This document shows, in pieces, positions 18,790 through 26,451 of a stretch of 64,000 nt of DNA. Each line of letters begins with the position of its first letter. Within the stretch, counting starts at the first letter, position 1. The stretch is from Candidatus Binatia bacterium (lineage in GTDB: Bacteria; Desulfobacterota; Binatia; HRBIN30): the NCBI GenBank assembly GCA_026004215.1, contig BPIR01000003.1, positions 250,879-314,878 of the forward strand. Reading direction: 5' to 3'. Made by a program: the position numbers and the translations under genes. Below the pieces are notes generated by a model. It made no database searches and was not told the DNA's origin. It saw only the letters and a program-made list of their open reading frames with translations.

Positions 18790-21576
18790 TTACTGCTTTT
18801 CCTCCGACCGAACGGCGCTGCCCCATAGGTCCAATTGTTGGGCGACGATCTCCTGTGCGTGCCACACCGTCTGACCGAGGCGGAAGCCCTCGATCAATGT
18901 AACGCCCGCAGTGACGGCGCCGAGGCAAAGCGCGAGCACGCCCACCTCCCGTAGCCCTGCGGCGAGAGACAAAGCCCCGACGGCAACGAGGGCTGCATTG
19001 GCGACCCCAGCCAGCCAGGAGGGTCGCACCCGGCAACGACTGCGCAGCAAACGTTTGGTTCCGCCGTGATTCTCTTCCGCCAGTGCCAGGTCCACCCGTG
19101 CCCACAACCCCCGGTGCACGGTAATGTCGAAATCGCTCCACCCCTGATCGATAGCCACCAAATACTTTCGGGGTGCGAGAAACCCAATGAGCGCATGCAG
19201 GAACTGCTCCTTGCTGGTGCCCCGTTCGCTCCAGAAGCACAGGAAAAATTGCCTTTTCCTCCAGTGGACCTCGGGTGCTTGCGGAAGCCCCGTGAACTGC
19301 ACCCGCGAAGCGCCGTTGTGACCCTGGAGCCGATGGACATAGCGCTGGATACTGCGCACCAATGGCCCCAAGTAGATGAGTGCAGCGACCAACAACCGGC
19401 CCCGCCAGTGGTCGAAGCGCGGATCGATTTTGGCTTTCCAGGCACGCCCGAGCGCGAGAGCGAAAGGGAGAAGCAGAGGCAGAGCCGCAAACAATCGCCA
19501 GCGGCCGGCTACCACGGCTCCGACGAACAGCACCAGGCTGAACACGTTCCACTCCAGCGTGAAAGGGAAATACGCCAGCAACGAAGAGGGCGTCTCGTAC
19601 ATGGTTTGGAAGAGGCCGCGTCCGAACACTCCGTGGTAAATGATCGGTCGCGAAGAAAAGATGGAGAGTCCGAGATCGCCGTAAATCCGCCCGATCCATT
19701 GCGACTGGCCGAGCATGTTGAAGCGGAACGGGTGCTTGAAGTAGAGTTGTGCCTCCGCCTGCCCGTAACCCATTTGTTGCTTGAGGTAGGCCCGCACCGT
19801 GTTGCGGCGAAAATGCCACACCTGGGCCGCCGGGCTAAAGCCGATGCGATAGCCGGCATCTTGCAGCCTCCAGCACACGTCCACATCGTCGCCTGCCGCT
19901 CGGTGCACTGGGTCGAACCCGCCGATTTGCTGCAACGCAGCTTTGCGGAACGCCATGTTGCATCCGGGAATATGTTCCGCGACTTCGTCGTCGAGCAGCA
20001 CGTGCGTCGGACCACCCGGAGCAGCCGCCACGTACGCCGCGACCGCCGAGTCCTCGGGCGGAGGCAAGTTGGGACCACCGACCCCGGCGAAATCGGACGC
20101 AACAAACTTGTAGGCGAGGTAGGTGAGCCAATCCGGATCGACGACGCAGTCGGAGTCCGTATAGGCCACGATTTCTCCGGAGGCCGCCTCCAAGCCGACA
20201 TTGCGGGCCACACTCAAGCCTTGGTTCGCCTGCGAGATAAGGCGGAACTCCGGATATCGCTTGGCGATTTCTTCCGTGCGGTCGGTGGACCCGTCGTTGA
20301 CGACAATGACCTCGTAATTCGGGTAGCGGAGTTCCCGCAGCGAGGCCAAACAGGCGTCCATGGTGCGCTCGGCGTTGTAGGCGCAAATGACGACGGAAAT
20401 CTTCGGCGCCGAAGACAAGGGCGGAGGTAAGGGGGAACGGTAAAGTTTTTGGACAGCGTGAAATGCGGGTTTACGCTGCCGTTGCCGGTCGACGAGGCCA
20501 AAGGCCCAGTCTTCCACTTGCGCGCCGCCGGTGAACCAGTCATCGGTCCAAGAAAACACGAATGTTCCGGCCACCCCGGATTCGAACGCCGCCCGAACTT
20601 GCCAACCGAGGATGTGTGCTTGCCCGTCACTGCCCTCCCGCAACGAGTCGATGCCGAATTCCGTGAGCACCAGGGGCTTGTCGCCCGCGAGGTTTTGCAG
20701 CCGCGACAGATAGCGCCGAAACCTGCGCTCATCGTGCAGGTACACGTTGAAGGAGACGAAGTCCAAAAAATCGAGTTCGAGGTATTCCGTGGGCGGGAAG
20801 TTGGCGTAACTGACCAGAGTGTCCGGCAGCATATCCTTCGCCAGCCCGTAGAGGTCGTGCAAAAAACGGCCGACGCGCTTGGGACCGTGCCAGCGCACGA
20901 CATCGGGCGGAATCTCGTTCCCGAGAAAAATGGCTGCCAGACTCGGATGCCGGCCGAGCCCGCGCAGACTTGCAGCGAAGCTCGAGCGTATGCCGGCGGT
21001 CAGCTTGGCGCTGTCGAGAAAGCAGACGTGTTGCGTCCAAGGGATCCCAGCGAAAACCAATACACCGTGCTCCGCCGCTAAATCCAGAAACCAGTCGGGT
21101 GGCGGCGTAAACGTACGCAAGCAATTGGCCCCCAATTCCTGCATGAGCGCCATATCTCGCCGCACAGTCTGTGGCGAAGGAAATGGGACTCCGTCAGAGG
21201 GAGCAAAAGGGCCGTACGTGACGCCGCGCAAGTAAAGCTTTTCGTCTCCGCGAAAGAAGAATTTGCCTGCCGGACGCAGGCTCAGCGTGTTGGCGGCGTC
21301 CCATTCCACGCGCCGCTCGATGGCCGGGGCGTACATGTGGGGTGCGTTTAGCGAAATCGCCTGCGGAACACACGCGAAGTTGCTCGCGGGCCGGGTGGAG
21401 GTGTCGGGCGGTCGCCGAACTCGCATCCGCGATTCTTCGACCGCCCCCGCACAAAGGGAGGGATGTCGGAGCGACCGACCAGCAGGAAGATGTAGGGGCG
21501 CCCGGCCGTGTGCCCCTACAACGTCCAGCGAGAGGTCGGCCGCAGGGCGTCGCTTTGGGTGTGTTCCCCAAAGCAA
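18790..21576 (-). CDS. fusion protein: clan GH-A TIM-barrel hydrolase-like domain + family 2 glycosyltransferase + C-terminal multi-TM region
   Basis: GH-A-like: YLRGVTYGPF..., LGNEIP (acid/base NE), LVLTEFGID (nucleophile E). GT2: ISVVICAYN, VVNDGSTD, YTDSDCVV, GCNMAFRK, then QQMGYG where Q(Q/R)xRW is expected. Hydrophobic C-terminal third. The true start is probably internal (ATG 21426 or 21336), because the first 50-80 residues of the track ORF look non-coding. Confidence 0.7.
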   Translation of the reverse strand: MLWGTHPKRRPAADLSLDVVGAHGRAPLHLPAGRSLRHPSLCAGAVEESRMRVRRPPDTSTRPASNFACVPQAISLNAPHMYAPAIERRVEWDAANTLSLRPAGKFFFRGDEKLYLRGVTYGPFAPSDGVPFPSPQTVRRDMALMQELGANCLRTFTPPPDWFLDLAAEHGVLVFAGIPWTQHVCFLDSAKLTAGIRSSFAASLRGLGRHPSLAAIFLGNEIPPDVVRWHGPKRVGRFLHDLYGLAKDMLPDTLVSYANFPPTEYLELDFLDFVSFNVYLHDERRFRRYLSRLQNLAGDKPLVLTEFGIDSLREGSDGQAHILGWQVRAAFESGVAGTFVFSWTDDWFTGGAQVEDWAFGLVDRQRQRKPAFHAVQKLYRSPLPPPLSSAPKISVVICAYNAERTMDACLASLRELRYPNYEVIVVNDGSTDRTEEIAKRYPEFRLISQANQGLSVARNVGLEAASGEIVAYTDSDCVVDPDWLTYLAYKFVASDFAGVGGPNLPPPEDSAVAAYVAAAPGGPTHVLLDDEVAEHIPGCNMAFRKAALQQIGGFDPVHRAAGDDVDVCWRLQDAGYRIGFSPAAQVWHFRRNTVRAYLKQQMGYGQAEAQLYFKHPFRFNMLGQSQWIGRIYGDLGLSIFSSRPIIYHGVFGRGLFQTMYETPSSLLAYFPFTLEWNVFSLVLFVGAVVAGRWRLFAALPLLLPFALALGRAWKAKIDPRFDHWRGRLLVAALIYLGPLVRSIQRYVHRLQGHNGASRVQFTGLPQAPEVHWRKRQFFLCFWSERGTSKEQFLHALIGFLAPRKYLVAIDQGWSDFDITVHRGLWARVDLALAEENHGGTKRLLRSRCRVRPSWLAGVANAALVAVGALSLAAGLREVGVLALCLGAVTAGVTLIEGFRLGQTVWHAQEIVAQQLDLWGSAVRSEEKQ

Positions 21577-21936
21577 TGCACCGCAGGGACTTTCCTCGCA
21601 AACCCCGCCGTATCGTATCCAGTCATCGAGCCGAGGGGCGGGCCGGTTGCACCAAGTTGCGGGATTCGCTGCTCGGGCGAGCCCCTCGAACGTGTTGCCG
21701 CTGGGGCCCTGGGCGCCGAGGTGCCCGTGATGTCCGTCCGGCTTCGGAACGTTGATTTCCTTTTACCTCGTACGCGGCGGTCGGGTGGCTGGCGGGCAGT
21801 CTGTGGGCCAGGCGCCTCACCCAGCGATTCACCGCACCTTTCCTCCGTTCCCGCTGCGGCGAAGATACGTGCCGCGAGTTTCCAGCCGTCTGCCAGCGTG
21901 ATAGGGAAGAGGGGCGTCGAAGTCAGGAGGTCAGCC

Positions 21937-22470
21937 ATGCTGGACGAGATCTTCACCGAAGAGGAAGAGATCCAGGCGGAACGGGAGGCAGAGGCTGCAC
22001 GGTTAGGGGCGCAAATCTTGGGCCTGCCGATCAAAAACCTGCCCACCCTCAGGCCTCCGCTCTGTGTTGCGCGCACCGCGAGGGTGCGAGAAGCGATCGA
22101 GCGTATGAACGAATCCGGCGTGGGGTGTGTTCTCGTGGTCGAGGGCGAGCGGCTGTGCGGCATTTTCACGGAACGCGATGTGTTGACGCAAGTCGTCGGC
22201 AAGGCCGTCGACCTCGATCGGCAGAGAGTGGAGGAGTTCATGAGCCCGAATCCCGAGTCGCTGTCCCCGGACGATCGTGTGAGCTTCGCCCTGAACGTGA
22301 TGGCCGTGGGCGGGTTCCGTCACGTACCTCTGGTGGACGACGACGGCCGTCCGGCCGGCGTGGTGTCCATGCGCAACATCGTGGACTATATGGTCGAAGT
22401 GTTTCGCACCGAGGTGCTGAACCTGCCCCCATCGCCGCACCACCTTCCTCGTTCTCGCGAGGGAGGTTGA
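21937..22470 (+). CDS. CBS domain pair protein
   Basis: AGGAGG 6 nt upstream of ATG 21937. GVGCVLVVEGERLCGIFTERDVL and GFRHVPLVDDDGRPAGVVSMRNIV are typical CBS repeats. The longer track ORF 21508..22470 has an implausible N-terminus. Confidence 0.8.
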   Translation: MLDEIFTEEEEIQAEREAEAARLGAQILGLPIKNLPTLRPPLCVARTARVREAIERMNESGVGCVLVVEGERLCGIFTERDVLTQVVGKAVDLDRQRVEEFMSPNPESLSPDDRVSFALNVMAVGGFRHVPLVDDDGRPAGVVSMRNIVDYMVEVFRTEVLNLPPSPHHLPRSREGG

Positions 22471-22543
22471 TGATGCGGATGCACCCAGCATTGCTCGATC
22501 GGCGGAGGCCGTCGCAAGCGCCGAGCAGTGGTGCGCCGTTGCG

Positions 22544-25180
22544 CTAAAGGTCCGCGCCGATTTGCAGCGGTTGCACCTCGTCCCGCTGCGGGTCGATGCG
22601 GACGGCCAGGCGCGGCCAGGGATACACAGGAAGAGTCGCATCGGGAATCCTGCGCGCGAGTGCGAGCAGCGAACCATCATTGGCCCAAGTCACCCGGAAA
22701 AAGTCGAGCTCCGGAGTCGCCCAACTCCGGACCGTCTGTTCGGTGAGGTCCAGGACGTACACCTGGCGCTGCAGCCGCGGGTATGTCCGGCTGCCCGAAG
22801 CAACGAACGCGAGCCGCGTGCCATCCGGGCCCAAAGCAAGGTCGCTAAGCGCAATGGCTCCTTGCACGAGCACCTGGGGGGAATTCTCTCCGGCAGACGG
22901 TACTTGCCAAATCTCCCAGGATGGGCCGTTTGCCAAACCGACGAAGAAAGAGTCGGTCGTGCTGCTCCACGTCACGAACGGAATGCCGTGCTCCCAACTC
23001 AGGAGTGTCTCGAAGTGCTCCGTGCCCGCCCGTTGCCGCAGTAGTCGGCTACCAGCGGAATCGCTGGTGACAATTCCCAGCTCTTCGGGTGGGTTGACGG
23101 CAACTAGAGCGTCCACGCGCTGGTCGAGTAGCCGTAAAATCGTCCGGGCGCGGCCGGAGGCGCCGTAACGCACCACTTTCTCGCCCGCCGCTGCCAAAAT
23201 GGCGCCACTTTGAGTCGGCAGTGCGTAGTTGGCGGCTCCCACCGTGCGCCGGCTTCCGTCGCTTTCGAGTACGAGGACGGAACCCAAATCTCGTGCAGGA
23301 TCGGCGAGGGTGAGCACAAACCAGCCCCGGTCCGGATCGGAGAGGGGTGGTTGCAACAGCCCGCGTGCCAGTTCCCATTCCTTCACGTCACCACTGGTCA
23401 ATCGCAATCGGGCTCGCGTGCGGGACCAGGGAAACGGTTCGCCCTGAACGACGAGAGTGCCGGGCTCGCTCGGCGCCAGGAATAGCGGATCCTCGCGCCG
23501 CGGGTACCGATTGTTTTCGCGAATCGGATCCGCGAGCTGAAGGAACGGATCCACGATTACTTCGGAATCCGCGGAGTCGAGGCGTACTTCACCCGGGGGA
23601 ACCACCTGGATCCACTGCGCTTCGCTCGTCGGTGACTTGCGTACCAACAGCGGTACCGGCCAGGTCCACTTGGCGCTGCCGGCGTTGGTGACCGTCAAGG
23701 TTCCGGGCCCCGCTGGATCCACGGAAAAATCCAGCGTGTCGCGACCCCGCACGAATGATCGAAAGAAGTCCGCCAACGGCTTCCCAGCGCGCCGTTCGAG
23801 TACTTCCTGCACCTCTCGCACCCCGATTTCTTTGTAAGAATACGTGGTCGCGATGTCTCGCAGTGCAGCGAAGAACGCGTCATCCCCGACGACGTGGCGC
23901 AACATCCACGCAACATACGTGCCCTTGCGGTAAATCGTGTCGCGCGCGCGGGCCCGCGGCCAGGCATTGTCGAGCACCGTCATGTCGGCGACGGCTTGCT
24001 GCGTGGCCGGGTCGTACAGCTCGCCGAGCATGCGCCGGACTAAAGCTTCTTGCCCGTGCACCGCCTCGGTGGCGAGCAAGCTGCTGAGTTCGGCGAAACC
24101 CTCGATGATCCATTGGGGGCCACTACCGGCGCGCAACCATCCACCCGTCACAGTTCCACCCCACCACGAGTGTGCGAGCTCATGGGCGATGAGCGCAAAG
24201 CCGCGATCTTCGGAGGCCAGGGCCCGCCGCGGGATGCCCATTGCTCCCGCTCCATCGTGGAATGCACGGTCGAGTTCCGGGTGGACGAAGAGACTCAAAA
24301 ACGAAAACCCAGGATTCCCCAGACGATCCGCCAGCGCGCCATAAGCGGCTTCCATTGTGTCCAGGATCGGGAGTACATCGAGCGTGTCGCTCGAGGGAAC
24401 ATAGGCGCGCAGCCGTACCGCTCCGGCCCAGCGTTCTTGGAAACGGTAGGCGCCAGCGATGAGCCCGAACCCCGCCACCGGCCGTTCGCTTTGCCAGCGG
24501 TACTCCCGACTTTGACCACGCCAATGGATTTCCGAACCGCTTCCGGTTTCGACCAACTGCCAGGATGCCGGCAACTGGATCGTGGCGGCGAGCTGGAAAA
24601 AACCTTGTCCGTCGAGAGGGTACCAGAGGCAATCCGTTGGCAGCAGGACTTCCGCACGGGTGATGCGGCATTCCCGCGGGCGCAAGGAGGGCCGGCCGGC
24701 GTAAGACAAGTGAATCACCTGTGCCGAGCGAGCGGGTTGCGGAAGAGGGCAGCGCACGAGCGGGCCGATTTGTAAACACGCGAGGGGAACGACCGGTGCG
24801 CCGGCAACCTCTGCTTCGCCTTGCTCGATGCGCAAACCGGGATCCAAGAGAAAATACAGTTCTGGGCGAGGCGCTTGAGCCGAGTCGAGACGCAGGGTGA
24901 CTTTGGCCTCGAGACCTTCCCGCGCCGGGTCCACGCGCGCTTCCACGGCCACGGCCTCGATGCGCTGGCCGGAAAACAAAAGCTCTAAGCGCGCGAGCGC
25001 CTTGCGGAGGACCGGCATGTCGGGCGCATGGATGGCATGCCAGCAAACGAAAACGGCCACGACCACGACGAGAGTCGCCAGCCATGCCCCCGTTTCCACC
25101 ATCCCCACAGCCACCCGGGCGAGTTTTCGTCCCCACACGAACATGCGAGCGTCATACGTATGCAAAGCCGCGCCTGTCAA
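22544..25180 (-). CDS. membrane-anchored M1-family (gluzincin) peptidase fused to a TolB/PD40-like beta-propeller region
   Basis: N-terminal TM segment (GAWLATLVVVVAVFVCW). HELAHSWWGG...WIIEGFAE matches HExxH-x18-E. C-terminal repeats such as GTRLAFVASGS...QVYVLDL. Confidence 0.7.
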   Translation of the reverse strand: MTGAALHTYDARMFVWGRKLARVAVGMVETGAWLATLVVVVAVFVCWHAIHAPDMPVLRKALARLELLFSGQRIEAVAVEARVDPAREGLEAKVTLRLDSAQAPRPELYFLLDPGLRIEQGEAEVAGAPVVPLACLQIGPLVRCPLPQPARSAQVIHLSYAGRPSLRPRECRITRAEVLLPTDCLWYPLDGQGFFQLAATIQLPASWQLVETGSGSEIHWRGQSREYRWQSERPVAGFGLIAGAYRFQERWAGAVRLRAYVPSSDTLDVLPILDTMEAAYGALADRLGNPGFSFLSLFVHPELDRAFHDGAGAMGIPRRALASEDRGFALIAHELAHSWWGGTVTGGWLRAGSGPQWIIEGFAELSSLLATEAVHGQEALVRRMLGELYDPATQQAVADMTVLDNAWPRARARDTIYRKGTYVAWMLRHVVGDDAFFAALRDIATTYSYKEIGVREVQEVLERRAGKPLADFFRSFVRGRDTLDFSVDPAGPGTLTVTNAGSAKWTWPVPLLVRKSPTSEAQWIQVVPPGEVRLDSADSEVIVDPFLQLADPIRENNRYPRREDPLFLAPSEPGTLVVQGEPFPWSRTRARLRLTSGDVKEWELARGLLQPPLSDPDRGWFVLTLADPARDLGSVLVLESDGSRRTVGAANYALPTQSGAILAAAGEKVVRYGASGRARTILRLLDQRVDALVAVNPPEELGIVTSDSAGSRLLRQRAGTEHFETLLSWEHGIPFVTWSSTTDSFFVGLANGPSWEIWQVPSAGENSPQVLVQGAIALSDLALGPDGTRLAFVASGSRTYPRLQRQVYVLDLTEQTVRSWATPELDFFRVTWANDGSLLALARRIPDATLPVYPWPRLAVRIDPQRDEVQPLQIGADL

Positions 25181-25253
25181 TCTGCGGCGGGTTGTTCACT
25201 GCACGTTGGCCGACTGGTGAGCATTGCCCGGCGTTGAATGCGGCCGTCGCTGG

Positions 25254-25282
25254 TTGACACGATGTGGACGGGAAGCGACACT
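25254..25282 (+). promoter_or_regulatory. possible sigma70-type promoter for the exosortase operon
   Basis: Perfect -35 TTGACA at 25254-25259, 17-nt spacer, weak -10 GACACT, about 30 nt upstream of GTG 25314. Weak call. Confidence 0.25.
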
Positions 25283-25313
25283 GCTGCGCGACCGAACTGA
25301 GGAGCGGGTTGCG

Positions 25314-25853
25314 GTGTCGATGTTGGTACGCTGGTTCAAAGAGCAGTGGCCTGTGGTCCGTGTGGTGGCGACCTTCTTGGGGATCATTCTCGCTGTCTTT
25401 GCAGCGACGGACTACGCACCGCTGGCTGACCGCTTGAACTTTGCCGAGTGGATGGCGCAGTTCGCTACGTGGGCCAGTTCCTTTTTGTTGCGTGCCTTGG
25501 GGCCGGTGCTGGGGTTTGCGATCAGTGTGCAAGGCACGCGCATCACTGCTGGTGGCTTTGCGGTGGACGTTACGGAAGCGTGTTCCGGTGTGGTCCCGAC
25601 GGCCATTTACGGCGCCGCGGTGCTGGCGTATCCGGCCAGTTGGCGGGCGCGCGCCATTGGCCTCGCCCTCGGCACTGTTGTGATTCACACTTTGAACGTG
25701 CTGCGGGTGGTCGGCCTGTTTCTGGTTGGGTTGTTTGCGAACCCGTACTTTCATTACACGCATGTGTACTTGGCGCAGGCGCTCGTGATCGTGGTGGCAG
25801 TGGCCACCTGGGTGTACTGGGCTCAACGCTTCGTTCATGTCCCTGGCCGTTGA
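25314..25853 (+). CDS. exosortase/archaeosortase-family transpeptidase, minimal (about 180 aa) form
   Basis: Polytopic membrane protein with the family's Cys/Arg/His triad in order: VDVTEACSGVVP, HTLNVLRVVG, YFHYTHVYLAQA. GAGGAG lies 9 nt upstream of GTG 25314; ATG 25320 is also possible. Confidence 0.75.
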   Translation: MSMLVRWFKEQWPVVRVVATFLGIILAVFAATDYAPLADRLNFAEWMAQFATWASSFLLRALGPVLGFAISVQGTRITAGGFAVDVTEACSGVVPTAIYGAAVLAYPASWRARAIGLALGTVVIHTLNVLRVVGLFLVGLFANPYFHYTHVYLAQALVIVVAVATWVYWAQRFVHVPGR

Positions 25854-26451
25854 CCCACTGCGATTTCTCGGGCAGCTTTTGCTGTCCTTTGTCGCTTTAT
25901 TTTTTGTCTGGCTGTTCGTCGGGCCCTGGTACACGAGCTTCCTGGCCGTGCTGGCGGAATTGGCGGTGAGTATTGCCGACCGGCCGACCGCCGTGTGGTC
26001 CGCAGGGACCGCGCTGTTTTTCTGGCCGCGAGGCCTCGCGCTGCCCCCACAGCCACCGACCATCGCAGGGGAGTGGATCCAGGCGAATACCATCCTGCTG
26101 TTGGCACTGATGATTGCCACTCCGGCGGCGACTTGGGAAAAAAAAGGCAAGCGGCTGGCACTGGCGTTCGCGCTCGTACTCTTGTGGCAGGTGACCGAGC
26201 TCGTGTTGGCCATCCAGTTTGGATACGCCACCCAAGTGGACCCCCAGGCGTACAGTGCACGGGCGCGTTACCGCCTGGCCCTACTGACCAACCTAGCGAT
26301 GTACGTGGACACGCAAGTCGTTCCGTTCATGATCTGGGCGGGCATTCATTTTCGCGAGCTTTTGGCGAGGGCCTTACGCCGTCCGAGTAGCCAGGGAGAA
26401 GCACAAACGGTACGTGCAAAGAAGCACAGGAGTGGGCGTCACTCGACTTGA
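25837..26451 (+). CDS. polytopic membrane protein translationally coupled to the exosortase gene
   Basis: ATG 25837 overlaps the last 17 nt of the exosortase ORF. Four to five hydrophobic segments (LLLSFVALFFVWLFVGPWY..., ILLLALMIATPAA..., LALAFALVLLWQV...). Basic C-terminal tail. No family recognised with certainty. Confidence 0.6.
   Translation: MSLAVDPLRFLGQLLLSFVALFFVWLFVGPWYTSFLAVLAELAVSIADRPTAVWSAGTALFFWPRGLALPPQPPTIAGEWIQANTILLLALMIATPAATWEKKGKRLALAFALVLLWQVTELVLAIQFGYATQVDPQAYSARARYRLALLTNLAMYVDTQVVPFMIWAGIHFRELLARALRRPSSQGEAQTVRAKKHRSGRHST

Noticed and set aside
17031-20430. Plus-strand ORFs 17031..18416 (461 aa) and 19066..20430 (454 aa)
   Set aside because: Antisense to the ABC exporter and the GT2 fusion, both of which carry unambiguous motifs. 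The compositions are Arg/Gly/His-rich.
25152-26231. 359-aa minus-strand ORF across the exosortase locus
   Set aside because: Antisense to two hydrophobic membrane-protein genes with family motifs. Its translation is Arg/Ser/His-rich with no hydrophobic core.
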